Assembly: GCA_000004985.1 (NCBI GenBank)
Contig: GG738885.1
Strand: one strand, 5' to 3'
DNA length: 64,000 bases
Source of the DNA: Naegleria gruberi
Lineage: Eukaryota
In this document: in pieces, positions 19,213 to 31,268 of the stretch
How positions within the stretch are numbered: the stretch's first letter is position 1
Layout: the number at the start of each line of letters is the position of its first letter
Notes under the pieces: model-generated
The model's database searches: none
Seen by the model: the letters and a program-made list of their open reading frames with translations, nothing else
Told to the model about the DNA's origin: nothing
Made by a program: the position numbers and the translations under genes

Positions 19213-21028
19213 ATGGAAGAAGCAACATCATCACCAATGGTAGATTTATTCTCCTCTCAAAATTATTTCACTGTCGGATTGAGTGTGATCATTGTTTTGA
19301 TTACTATTCTCTATATTAAATTAATACCAAAGAAACCAGCAAAATCTCCGCCAATGGAAGGTAGATTTTTGTGGCCATTCATGGGAGTAGGAAAGAGATT
19401 CGGAACAGAGCCAGTTAAATTATTGAATGAATGCAAGAAAAAGTATGGTGATGTATTTACTCTTCATGTTGCTGGTAAATGTTTCACATTCTTGACAGAT
19501 GCTGAATTGTTTCAATATTTTTTTAATCCTGCAAAGGGTAATTCGATTCGTGTTAAAAATAAGAAACCAAGTGGTGAAGAACATAAATTGGCTATTAGTT
19601 TCGATCATGCTGTATTGGAATTTATTAGTAGAGTATTTGGAATTCCAGTTAATGATTTCATGTCTCAACACATTACCATGGTTAATACTATGAGAGCTAA
19701 ATTGAGTCCAAGCACAACTCTTCCATTCTATACCAAAGAAATTGCATCAAATTTAATGGATGTTTTTGAAAAGACAACTGAAAATAATACAAATGTCATG
19801 GGTTATGTTTGGGATCCAAAGGGAACTGATGATCTTTTCAAAGCCATTACTGAAACACTTTTTTGGAGTACTGTTAAGTCATTGTATGATAAGAAGGCAT
19901 TCATTTCAAATGAACAAGATGCTTGTAAATCATTTCAAACCATTGATTCACAATTTGAAATTAGAGCCAGTGGTTATGTTCCAGAATCATGGATGAAGAC
20001 ATTCAAGGGATCTAAGGACTTTTTATTGAAGATGATTTCATCACTATCAACCAATATGGATGATACCACTCCTGATAATGAAAAGAGAATGTTCCAATTG
20101 CTTAGGGAAGCTCTCAAGGATGTTGTTGAGGATCAATCAACCATTGACCACTTTGGTTTGGCTATGCTTTGGGCCTCCCAAGCCAATTCTCTTCCATCAT
20201 CTTTGTGGACTATTTGTTACGTTTGTAAGGAACCTGCAATTTATGAAAACCTTCAAAAGGAAGTTGATGAAGTTTTTGCCAATCATTTGGAAAATCCACG
20301 TGATTTAACATTTGAAAAGTTGAATTTATTCCCATATGTTAAAGCTTGTATTTATGAAGGTAAGAATATGATTGAATATTTCCATTCTAATATTTAAACA
20401 ATTATTATGATAATTATAATAATTACTATTCAATTAATTATTTAAATGAAACTTCAAATAGCTATTAGAATTATTCCACCAGGAATGTTAATTAGAAAGG
20501 TCATGCATCCAATTAAACTTCCAGATAGAGACATTATCATTCCAGAAGGACACAATCTCTGTATTTCTCCATTCATTACTCATTTGGATGATTGTTATTA
20601 TGATGAACCTCTCAAATATAGACCTGAAAGATGGTTAGAAAGTGGTGAAAATAGTTTGAGTGATAGAAGTAAGCAATTTATTGCTTGGGGAAGAGGTCCA
20701 CATGGTAAGTACCTTCTTTACAATTTACCAATATTTTCACACATTACAAAAAAAAATACCTCAAACCGTTTTAAATACTGAATCCTCCTAATAATTATAA
20801 ATTATTTATCAACCCAATCAAATATCATGATAATTCCTCAACTTTATAATAGAATGCCCAGGTAAAGCCTTCAGTATTGTAGAAATGGTTACATTCATTG
20901 CTCTATTCTTCTACAAATTTAGAAATGTAAAAATCAATGGTGAAATTCCATCTCCTGCTCTTCACCGTTTAATTGGTGTTCCTCATCCAAGTCAACCAAT
21001 TTCAATTTCATTTGAGAAGAGAAATTAA
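19213..21028 (+). CDS. Cytochrome P450 (CYP7/CYP8-clan-like); 3 exons 19213-20359, 20462-20704, 20853-21028
   Basis: An N-terminal TM anchor (VGLSVIIVLITILYIKLIP) is followed by the P450 fold. After splicing, the K-helix reads YEAIRIIPPG (ExxR), the PERW motif reads RPERWLE, and the heme loop FIAWGRGPH|ECPGKAFS (FxxGxxxCxG) is completed across intron 2. Introns are 102 nt (GTAAGA...AATAG) and 148 nt (GTAAGT...ATAATAG); both junctions are phase 1. Confidence 0.7.
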
Positions 21029-21600
21029 ATTATGTAATACTAAATAATTCGAATATAATTTTGATTGTTTTTTGTAATGAAGAAATGTTAATCAATTTTA
21101 ATATTAGAAATGTTCATTGGTGTGTACATTGGTATTGTTGACTTTCGTTTACTTTAGTTTAATTGATTGAATGACAAGAGTGGATCTTCATCAGCACTTT
21201 TTTATCTCAACTATTGAACAGTTTTCTCTCGCGCTAATTTTAACGTTGAAAGTGTTGAACTTTTTGTAAACGCCCCACGTTTTTGTTTCGTCCAACTTCC
21301 CTTCAACTTCGATATTCAACCTGAAAATGCATGTATCATTCAATATTATTATCCAATTTTTCATCGCACCAAACAATTTACTTTCAATCTTCCATGTAAC
21401 CAGCCAGGTTCAACATTATCAAGAAGGATTCAAAAAATTCTCTTTACAACTTTCTCTTTCGTCGACTTTCGACCAGTTATTTCTGGAAAGGCAAACAAGT
21501 TCCTGCATATTCGTTCTAAAAAGCCAAGCAACCTAACCACCAATACGTGATTGTGGCATACTCTTTCCTGACAGTTGTCATTAAAAAAAAATCCCTAAAT

Positions 21601-23781
21601 ATGGAGCGTTTAAAATCCCTCTTTAAAAGCACACGAGAAGTAACTGATCTTCAATCAAAACCAATAGAAGAATGGAGTGTAAAAGACTTTCAAGAATGGT
21701 TGAGAGAACATCAATATCAAAAGAAGGTTACACAGAGTAAGTGATTTTTAAAGTTTAATTATTCGAATATATAATGTTGTATGAAAGTTTTAAAAAAGGA
21801 AGAATGGAACGGAAAGTGTTTAATCGATTTTACAGAAGAAGATTTAAAAAAGCTAGGAATTCCAAGGTTTGTAATTTTATATAGCCTCCTTTCGAATAAT
21901 TTTAATTTTTACTTTCTAATAACAATTTATTGATGTAATTTCTATTATTATCAAAATTCGAATTGTACAATTATTATTATTATTAATATTATTTGGTGAT
22001 GATGATTTTAATTTTGATGATTCTTTATTTCACATGTCAAAATTTCTTTTTAACACTAAACACTTTTTACCAATTAATTGACAACATATATTAACACTTT
22101 TAATTGGTCTTTAAAACAGTGGTTCAGCTAAAGGTATAACCAATTCCATCAATCAACTCAAACAAGAACAAATCAAAGCAGGACTTTTCCAACCATCAAG
22201 AGCATCCAATGCTTCACAACGTTTAGATAATAATTCCACATCAACTACAACCTCAACAACAACAAACAATACTGATGATCCAAATAGTGCTGTTTCGAAT
22301 AATCGTCAATCATCAGAATCGAATACTAGTACTGGTACAGCAACAACAGATTCAACACAAAATGGTCATCAAGTGGTTCAATTGTTGGACAAATCAGAGG
22401 AGGAAGACAATTGTGAATCATCATCGGCAACAACAACTCAACAACGATCAAAGGGAGGTACTCTTTTTAATACATCATCTGGATCTGAAATGAATAGTAC
22501 TTCTGGAGGATTAGCTAACGGAAGTGAAAGATATGTTGCTGCACCTCCATTTCTTGTTTCCTCTCTGACAGGTGAAGAAAAGAAGGATTATGACAAGTGT
22601 TTAAAGAAGGTTGAATTGGCTTGTCAAGATTATCCACCTTCTGTTCAAGCTACTATTTGTCAAGATTGTATTTTCCCAGATAGATTTCAATATAGATATT
22701 TTAATCCACTGAGATTGTCAGATAAAGATAGACAAGTTAACAAAATGATGGAACCTTTCATTAAAGTTAAATTGGTCATTACTGAAATGGATACTGGTAT
22801 GGCTCATAGATTATTGAGATTAATTGGTACAAGAATTCACAAAACTATCAAATCTATGGATTACGGAATGTTTCACACTGCTCTCATTGTCGGTGTGTAT
22901 TATGTTGAGGTATGTTGTTATTGTTTTTATTTTTATGGAACGTATTTGAATTTACTTTCTAATTGAATGATAATATTATAATATCATCGTTACATAATAT
23001 TTAATAATAATAATAATTATCTATCATCAATATGTTTGTGATGTGAATTCACATTTTGAAAAAGTGGGTCGATTCTTCACTGGTGACAGTTAGAAAGAAG
23101 AGTAGTAGCAAGGCAGTTTTTGCAACAGACATTGCAACAATTTCAGGACAAGAAAATGTCGATAATGCTTTTAAAAATTTATCGGAATTGATTTGTACAT
23201 GGAACAGAACACGTGACTATGATAACAAGTCATCAAATTGTCAACATTTTTGTACTGAGGCAATTGAAAAACTTGGTTTAGCGTCAGCTTTTGATAAAAT
23301 TGCAAATCAAGGACCACTGAAGGAATATCTCACAAGACTCAAAACCACAGGAGCATGTGACATGTCATACAGAGTTAACGATGATGTTAAAGAAACATTA
23401 TTGAATTCTGATAGTATAACTCCTGAATTGACTGAATTCTTGAAATCTTCTGGAAATGCATTAACATTCCCTTCACACAAAATTCTCGATCAGTTCGTTC
23501 ACATTTTACAAGAAGAAGATCCACTCTATTTTGAGAATGAACCATTCGATTATGTTTTACTGAAAGCTTACGACAGAGCTTTCTGGTTAAGAAGTCAATC
23601 AAAGGGAACCGGTGGCGTTGATACTTCACATTATTGGACAAATCCAAACACTGGTGCTTGCATGTGTCCATTCAACAAGAATGCAACCAATGTTGAAAAT
23701 GAGGAAATTGTCAATTCAATCATTGGCAAAGATTTTGAACTTGGTTCTTATAGACCTACTTATCCTGTGAGATTGGATTAA
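21601..23781 (+). CDS. SAM-domain protein with a C-terminal PPPDE/LRAT-like (NlpC/P60 superfamily) putative thiol peptidase or acyltransferase domain; 4 exons 21601-21736, 21788-21866, 22120-22909, 23065-23781
   Basis: ATG is at 21601 (MERLKSL). Exons 1-2 encode a SAM-like motif (WSVKDFQEWLREHQYQKKVTQ|ILKKEEWNGKCLIDFTEEDLKKLGIP). Then comes an S/T/N-rich linker. The catalytic-type motifs are GMFHTALIVGVYYVE|WVDSSLV (His) and, ~100 aa later, SSNCQHFCTEAIEKLG (Cys in NCxHF). Introns are 51, 253 and 155 nt with GTAAGT/GTTTGT/GTATGT donors and consistent phases. Confidence 0.55.
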
Positions 23782-23953
23782 TATTTTGTTTCTTTCTAAC
23801 TCTCTACATGTACAAAATAAATTTAAAAGCATTGTGTTCATAAATTTATTTATTTCTCTTCAATATTGACCAATACACATTCCAATACTTAATGTTCATA
23901 GTTCTTAAAGTTCTTAATATATTCCAGGAATATTGATTGTTAGATTGAAAAAA

Positions 23954-24187
23954 ATGTCCAACACTGATGATACTGATCATCATTACAAGCTTTTGATTGA
24001 TAATATTCTTCATGATCGGAAGAAGTATCCATTCCTTGGTCATAATTTTGTTCGATCTGCTCCGATTACAGAAGATGGAAGTGCCACTCATCATGATGAT
24101 AAAAAGGATTTATCAATTCCTATTGGAGCATATGCTTTTCTATTGGATGAATTGGGTTCTTGGGAAGCAATTTATAAGAAATTGTAA
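23954..24187 (+). CDS. Small hypothetical protein (77 aa)
   Basis: ATG is at 23954 (MSNTDDTDHHYKLLIDNIL...). The ORF is short and conserved-looking but unrecognised. Confidence 0.3.
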   Translation: MSNTDDTDHHYKLLIDNILHDRKKYPFLGHNFVRSAPITEDGSATHHDDKKDLSIPIGAYAFLLDELGSWEAIYKKL

Positions 24188-24275
24188 ATATTTTAATATT
24201 TATTTAAATATTTATTTAATTAATCTTTAATTTAATTGATCAAGATTTTCAAATATATTTGAAGATGTTTCAAAT

Positions 24276-27200
24276 ATGAATGAAGATGTTTGTCTTTTAA
24301 AGATTATTCCAACAGCAGAAGAAGTACAAAATGAAGATTGCATTGAAATTGGAGCTTCCAAATTTGGTGGTTGTCCTGATTTACCAGATTCTATCAATTG
24401 GCCACAAGGAATTGACTCAAATCCTGCCAAATTCATTGCTCAAATCAATTTGCATGATTTGAGATTTTATCACAGTCCAAAAGGTGTTTTACCTCAAAAG
24501 GGATGGTTATTCTTTTTTGTTGGAGTGGACAATGCAAATCATTCACAAGATATGAAACAAGTATTTAGTTTTTATTGGAATGGATCAAGGGATGAAATGA
24601 AAAGAAGATTATCATCCACATTTGAAACTCCAACTCGATTGATTTTTGATGAAAATTCTGAACAAGTGGAGAATGATTATCCAGATAGCTTTTCTTTTTA
24701 TTCGAATCCAATTCAATTGTTTGGACATTCACTCTTTGTGACCTATCCAATCACTACAATGCTATTGTATGCATCTGGTTATGTATTCTTTTTGGAAAGT
24801 GAAATTGAGGTAAGAAAGAGAAAGGGAATTCAATCCCTAATTAACAGATATGAAAGAAGGGGAACAACTGATTATATTTCACCAACGAATATTTCAATTC
24901 TATCACAAGAAGCATATGATAACAGTGGTCAAAGTAACACCTTCTTAACATTTGATTCAACTGCGTTGATTTTTAAGAGATATAGCTCTGTATATCAGAG
25001 TAGAGTTACTGATTGGGATACAAATTCATTTCTGCCACCATTTGTTAAGAGGCACGAACCAAGTAGAGAAAATGAACAGGAAACTGTTAAGTTTTGGAGA
25101 AGAAGTGAAATACTGACTCCTGGTCAAGTGATTTCACCTCCTAAAAAATTGATTACTGCTAATTTTATAACAGAGGATCCGATCAAAACTTCAGTAGACG
25201 AATCTCTTCCTGATACAATTTTAAATAAGGACAAGTGTTTTAGAATTAGTTCTATACTAGCACCAGAAGAATGTGCAGCATTAAGAGTTGCATCTTTACC
25301 TTTCTATACTAATATCCAATCTGAATATCCGAAAGAATATAGAAATTGTGAGAGAGCTCTTTTAAAAAGTCAAAAGTTAGCCGACTTGTTGTGGGAACGA
25401 ATTAAGCCATACCTCAATGAGAATGATTTTAAGAATGTGCTACCCTATGGTTTTGATAATAATGGAGTGTGGAAACCAATGGAAATTAATCCGTGCTTTC
25501 GTTTTTCAGCTTACAAACCAGACACTTATTTCAAACCTCATAAGGATGCACAATTTGTTAGAAATGATAATGAAAAGAGCATTTTCACACTTCTTATTTA
25601 TTTGAATGGAGTAAATCAAGGTGGTTCCACAACGTTCCTTCAAAAGATAAGAGATCAAGAAGCTGAGGATGGATCTGGAATGACCTTTAGAGTTTTACAT
25701 GATGAAAACCCTGAGGAAGGTTCTGTCATACTATTCAATCATGATCTCTATCATCAAGGTTCTGTTGTACGATATGAAAAGATTGTATTGAGAACTGAGA
25801 TTATATTTAAGAGAGTTGATGCATTGAGTGTTCCTCGTTCTGACTATAGAAATACAGAGGAATATGTCAAAGTTAGACAATTAATTGAGGAATCGAATGA
25901 ACTGGAAAAGCAAGGAGATACCAAGCAATCTCTGTTGAAATACCTTCATGCATTGGATTTACAAACTAACATGTCTCCATCTCTTCAATGGTCAGATTTG
26001 AGTAAGAAGAGCAATGTAGAAAGATTACCTGAGGAAATTATTGGAATAATTTGCTCCTTCTTAACAAGTAGAGAAATTGCTAGACAAATGATTCCTCTCT
26101 CTATTTTATTGAACTCTTATTCTAGAAGTCCAATCATTTGGAAGGAGAAATATTATCAAGAGTGGCATCATTCTTCGAATCCTGAAATTGAATACGAAGA
26201 CAATAGTAATCTTGATGATTTGGTTGTTTACTTTAGTGATAATGGAATGCCAGTGGAATGTAATCGAAATGAAATAATTTACAATGAAAATTCTAAGGAA
26301 TACAAGGATTGGTATGCAATGTTCATTTCAAGAAAGTATATGGATTTGTTCTGGTCTCCTGTTCTACTTGATCCAGGAACTTCTTCCTATCGTTATTCTC
26401 TACAAAATTCAGAGACTGCAGATAAGGATATTATGGTATGTGGTAAACCACATCATCCACAGTAAGTTATTGAAATATTTTCCTAACTAAATTAATTAAC
26501 AACTTTTCAGTTTCAATTTACCAGGATTTGGTATGTACGACATTCTTGCAGGGAGTAGAGCAGCAAACATTAGGAATTCACATTTGATATCTCGTCTTCC
26601 TCTTGTTGATGCTTGTGGAAGAATTGAAGATTATTTAAATTTCAAGACTTTCCTATTTCAATTATATGAAAATGACTTGAACGTCAAATTTCAAACACAT
26701 CCACTTGTGTTAGCTGTCCCATTTTCTTGGACAGAGAAAGATATTTTGATGGTTAAAAGAATAATTAATGAGCTTGGAATTCAGCTATCATGTCTAATAG
26801 ACTCTTCCAAATTGATTGCTTACAATTATTCGAAACCTAATTGTATTTTATTGAATATTTCAGCAAGTGGTACTGCTTGTGTACCAATCAGAAACTATGA
26901 GCCACTGAATGAAATGAAAATATTTGAGCCATTCAATGTTTCTTCCATTCCTCATTCTATGAATTTTTGGGATAATATTTATGGAGCTCTCAGAGTAGTA
27001 CTGATGGTGCCTCCAACCCCACTGGAACAATACGAAACAATGAAGGAAAAGTGGGAAGGTATCACTTATGGAACTAATTATGGAGTGGAGGTGAATTATA
27101 ATCAACATGTATTTGAGGCAGAAACTTTACTTACTATTGGAAACCAATTGTTTGTTAATGCATTCAAAGTATTGAGAAAAACAATTAAATCTCTACAGAT

Positions 27201-27435
27201 TAACAGTGATAGTATTGAGGATGTTTTAATTTGTGGCGGGTTTTCCTCAATACACGGCATGAAAGATAGATTAACACGTGAAATTAGAGAAATCTATCCT
27301 AATCTCAATTTGGAATTCAAATCTGATGAAATGGAAGTTATTGGCGGTGCTAAAATAATTTGTAACTTAGCAAAATTTAAACAACAACTTGAAGCGTTCC
27401 AATTAGACAACAATAAATTGCTTAATTTAAGTTGA
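24276..27435 (+). CDS. Single spliced gene encoding a multidomain fusion of DUF1963 (YwqG-like), a 2OG-Fe(II) oxygenase (prolyl-4-hydroxylase-like), an F-box-like motif and a complete actin-fold (actin-related protein) domain; exons 24276-26461 and 26511-27435
   Basis: ORFs 24276-26465 and 26533-27435 join in frame through a 49-nt intron (26462-26510) with donor CA|GTAAGT, whose TAA is the apparent stop, branch-like CTAAC at 26483 and acceptor TTTTCAG. The actin fold spans the junction. SPVLLDPGTSSYRYSL...IMVCGKPHHP|HFNLPGFG aligns to actin LVVDNGSGMCKAGFAG...SIVGRPRHQGVMVGMG. Downstream, HPLVLAVP (actin HPVLLTEAP), ILLNISASGTACVPI (IVLDSGDGVTH.VPI), VLICGGFSSIHGMKDRL (LSGGTTMYPGIADRM) and EVIGGAKII (WIGGSILASL) also match. 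Upstream domains are ASKFGGCPDLPDSINWP...FIAQINLHDL...LPQKGWLFFF (DUF1963), HKD...H oxygenase core (KPHKDAQFV...ILFNHDLYHQG) and LPEEIIGIICSFLTSREIARQM (F-box-like). Confidence 0.6.
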
Positions 27436-27511
27436 AAGTTTGTTCCAAAAGTGTAAATTACAGTAATTCACGATAGAATTAAACGAAAGAATAGTTTACA
27501 ATAAAATCCGT

Positions 27512-29626
27512 TTAAGGGTTTACATCTGTTATGTGTTTCGTGTAGGATTGAACTGATTCCCATTTTTTGTAAGTAGAGGTTTCTTGTAATCTCTTAAATG
27601 TATCAGATAGGTTTAGCAATAAATCAGGTCCTAAACAATCCCACAGTCTTTCGTATCCTATTTGCCCATCTTTATCACAATCTTTCATCAAAGCATAAAA
27701 CTCCTTCTTACAAACTGATGGAATATTCACTTCAAACTTGGAATAAGGTTGTATAAACTGACTTTCAATATCTTTCATGTCTGTTAACCTTACAACATTA
27801 CTCTCCTTCAATGATTTCAAAATAATATATAATTCATAATTCTCTGAGCTAAACTCCTTCTGACAATATTCCTTAAAAATCTTCAATATTTCAGAATTTT
27901 CCAATTCAATTTCTAAACTTTCATTCTTTTTCACATTTCTATTGGCTATCATTTTGTATATCTCAATAATTAGAACATTCCCACCACTCAATAACGTAAA
28001 ACTAAAACAAGCCAGAGTGTTGAATATTCCTGCCAAAATTTGAACAATATACGTATTTGATGAATCTACTAACAAATTTTCTAAACCTGATGTAATAGCA
28101 ATGATGACAGGAAGGATTAAAGTGAGAAGATCGACTCTAAGATAAAAAGGATCGTCATAGAAAAAGAATTTTCTCAAACCATCTCGAATAATAGATTTTC
28201 TTTGAGTAATGACATCATATATTACGCTCACTAATCCAATAATCCAGAGCAGGATAAGTAAAACCAATATTACAACTGGTCTATAAATATCAGCCAATGA
28301 CTTATCTTCATTAATGAAGAAAAATGTACTGACACAATTTACAATAATGGACAAGAAAAAAGTCATGACGACTGTCATTAGGAAACCACCTTTCTTAGAA
28401 GCCATCATTTTCAATAATTTCTCTCTTTTTGGGAATCTAACTATCAGAGAATATAGATTCCTCAAAAAATAAAATTGTGCAATTGTTGTAATATATATAA
28501 AAAACCACCAGATCATTACCAATAAGGAAACACTATACCAGAATCCAACACATGTCCTAGATAAACCCGTGAATGTTATCATTAGAGAAAATCCTAATAG
28601 TGAACAGTATGGCAATCCAATTCTTCTGATCATTGCAGGCTTTTTGTAAAGTTTCAATCCAAAGAACAAAACAAAGTAAGAAAATACAATCAAGAATTGA
28701 GGTATAATCCAATAATCTAGAACTGGAGAGAAATCCTCACCAAAGCAGCCACTTGTCTCACACATATAGCATGTTGAAGGCAAAAGTAAAGAGGAAATTG
28801 AATAGTACGAAAGATCTGTAAAATTTGAAGAGAATTTTCCAACTTGTTGAGAAATTATAGAATAATTAGCACTTATTTGAGTTCTTCCTGTAACCCCTTG
28901 TATTATTAGAAGATCTGTTTGTGAAAAGTTTGAATATCCAGAAAGCCATCTAAAATTTTGAGCATCTGATACGTCTGGACCATCTAAACATGAAGTTTGT
29001 TCATAATCAAATAAAGAACTGTCAAGTGTTAATGATTTGATTGTAGAAAATGAATAAACTTCGTATGGAATCAGTGGAAAGGCCACAAAATCACTAGTTT
29101 CCATAAATTTACCATCTGTCATTTGTACATCCCTGTAAAATCTCACATAGAAGGAGAAAATATAAGGATCCAGTAAAATAGAATCATACTTTCGCATGTA
29201 ATTTCTTCTCTGGCACATGTCTACGTGTAAATAAATGTTCGAGAAGGTTGATGTTGTAGATGAATCTCCTTTTGTAATAGGTATTTGATAAATACCAAAG
29301 AATTTGGTTAGGTACTTGGTAAATTCAGGTCTTGTGCCAACTGTCAGTTTGTTGTTTTTCAACCAATTCATAATAAAATTTCGTGTTTCATCGTGATTAT
29401 TCATAGATGCAATAACAGTCTGTTCATTGGATGTGAATTTGTTTTTCCACACAAAGAGTATTAGAAAAGTTCTTACACCAACAATTGTATCTCCATTCTT
29501 GATAGAAGAAAGCAGTGAAGAAGTTTGAGCGTGGGTCACACCATTCTTTCTTTCACATTGAACTATTGAACAAAACGTGATTAGAAGTATGATGAAATAC
29601 ACTAGTGTTTGTGTTGTTTTTTTCAT
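27512..29626 (-). CDS. Seven-transmembrane receptor-like protein with a C-terminal RGS domain (7TM-RGS hybrid), preceded by a signal peptide and a ~270-aa ectodomain
   Basis: 704 aa with ATG at 29626. The N-terminal MKKTTQTLVYFIILLITFCSIVQC is a signal-peptide-like segment. Seven hydrophobic helices lie between residues ~300 and ~560. The C-terminus YCQKEFSSENYELYIILKSL...KKEFYALMKDCD matches the RGS-box core (F..EFSEENL.FW). Confidence 0.65.
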   Translation of the reverse strand: MKKTTQTLVYFIILLITFCSIVQCERKNGVTHAQTSSLLSSIKNGDTIVGVRTFLILFVWKNKFTSNEQTVIASMNNHDETRNFIMNWLKNNKLTVGTRPEFTKYLTKFFGIYQIPITKGDSSTTSTFSNIYLHVDMCQRRNYMRKYDSILLDPYIFSFYVRFYRDVQMTDGKFMETSDFVAFPLIPYEVYSFSTIKSLTLDSSLFDYEQTSCLDGPDVSDAQNFRWLSGYSNFSQTDLLIIQGVTGRTQISANYSIISQQVGKFSSNFTDLSYYSISSLLLPSTCYMCETSGCFGEDFSPVLDYWIIPQFLIVFSYFVLFFGLKLYKKPAMIRRIGLPYCSLLGFSLMITFTGLSRTCVGFWYSVSLLVMIWWFFIYITTIAQFYFLRNLYSLIVRFPKREKLLKMMASKKGGFLMTVVMTFFLSIIVNCVSTFFFINEDKSLADIYRPVVILVLLILLWIIGLVSVIYDVITQRKSIIRDGLRKFFFYDDPFYLRVDLLTLILPVIIAITSGLENLLVDSSNTYIVQILAGIFNTLACFSFTLLSGGNVLIIEIYKMIANRNVKKNESLEIELENSEILKIFKEYCQKEFSSENYELYIILKSLKESNVVRLTDMKDIESQFIQPYSKFEVNIPSVCKKEFYALMKDCDKDGQIGYERLWDCLGPDLLLNLSDTFKRLQETSTYKKWESVQSYTKHITDVNP

Positions 29627-29788
29627 ATTTACCCTTGTCTAGAATGTGACTGTTCGAACAACGTTAAGATATCAAATTTCACATTTAATTTAATTGTTGC
29701 ACTTTAGGATATCACTACTAAAAAAACTTTGAACTTCTCCTTTTGAAATTGCTGTACTAATTAAGCATTGTATTAAGACCTATTTTTC

Positions 29789-31268
29789 TTATTGATATTT
29801 AGCAAAAAGTAAACTCGAGTTTGTTCCGCCAAATCCAAACGAATTACATAAGGCAGCTCTCACATTAGTGTTGCATGATTGACCTTTAACAATTTGAATA
29901 TTTGATTTTTCTATACCTGTCAAATCATCATCCAGAGTTTCAAAATTAAGAGTTGGTGGAATAGAGTTATTGTAAATTGAAAGAACAGTTCCCACAGATT
30001 CTACTGCACCTGCTGCTCCAAGCATGTGTCCAAGAGATCCTTTCATGCTATTCACATATACAGTTTGTCCACTTTCTGCGAACAGGGATTGGATAGCTTG
30101 CAACTCTACTTTATCACCTGCTGGGGTGCTTGTTGCATGACAATTTACATGGTCAATATCATTCAAATTAATATCTACAATTGAATCATTCAAAGCATTC
30201 TTCATAGCTGTTATGGCTGCTCTACCATCTGGTGAAGGTGTAGTAGGGTGATAAGCATCAGCTGCTGTTCCATACCCAACAATTTCTGCGTAGATTCTTG
30301 CTCCTCTCTCTAAGGCGTGGTCCAATTCTTCCAAGACCAAACAACCTGCTCCTTCTGACATTACAAAACCATCTCTACTTTTATCAAATGGTCTACTCGA
30401 TGTTTGTGGATCTGTAATACCAGACAATGCTCTTGCTCTTGCAAATCCAACATAGAATATTGGATAGTAAGAATTTTCACATCCTCCAGCAAGCATAATT
30501 TTACCTTGACCATATTTGATAAATTGGAATGCCTCTCCAATGCTATGAGCTCCTGTAGCACATGCAGTTGAGCAACTAACCATTGGACCTTGTAAATCGT
30601 GTTGCATAGCAATATAACCAGCTGCCATATTGTTCAAAATACGTGGATAAAATACTGGGCTAACCTTTGTATGTTTCTGAATGATTTGCTTTCTAATGTT
30701 TTATATTACATTGGAAACTTACCAAGCTTTCAACCATTGTAAATGCTTCTCCAATTTCAGCTGCAGCTCCAAGAGAAGAGCCCACAGAAACACCAATACT
30801 ACTTCTATCTTTAATTGACTTGATATCCAATCCAGAATCGATAATAGCTTGATAAGCAGAAACCATACCAAATTGAATAAATTTTGATAATCTAGATTTT
30901 GTAATACTCTTATCTCTATTTGTTGATTCTGTAAATGCAAGACATTTTTCAATTGATTGATCCAACTCTGATTGATCGATAAATCCACCAATACGATTTG
31001 AAATCTTACTCCAAATATTTTGTTCATTCTCAGTCATATTTTCGATTGGTACTGTTCTAATACCACACTTTAAAGAATTTAATTCACTCCACATCTTTTC
31101 AACAGAATTTCCGAGTGGAGAAACAACACCCAAGCCTGTAACAACAACTCTTTTAGGCTTTGGAATTTCCTTCTTTACATTAAATGAATACTTTCTATAG
31201 TGTGTATTATGAGCATTGATAAGTTTAAATGATATTGATTTTCTATTCATCATTTTACTATTGAACAT
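29789..31268 (-). CDS. Mitochondrial-type 3-oxoacyl-[acyl-carrier-protein] synthase (KAS II / FabF-like, OXSM/CEM1 homolog); exons 31268-30723 and 30664-29789
   Basis: The N-terminus MFNSKMMNRKSISFKLINAHNTHYRKYSF has no acidic residues and looks like a presequence. The KAS N-domain follows (VVTGLGVVSPLG). After a 58-nt intron (GTAAGT...CAAAG), exon 2 continues VSPVFYPRILNNMAAGYIAMQHDLQGPMVSCSTACATGAHSIGEA (active-site Cys), ...HATSTPAGD..E (His), ...GHMLGAAG...NSFGFGGTN. Confidence 0.8.

Noticed and set aside
19107-19319. ORF 19107-19319 overlapping the P450 start
   Set aside because: It is in a different frame from the P450 N-terminal TM anchor, which starts at ATG 19213, and has no similarity to anything.
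26462-26532. Treating 26533-27435 as an independent actin-related gene with its own promoter in the 67-bp gap
   Set aside because: The actin fold's N-terminal ~60 residues, including the phosphate-1 loop, are encoded at the end of the upstream ORF and join in frame via a canonical intron. A stand-alone gene would lack subdomain 1.
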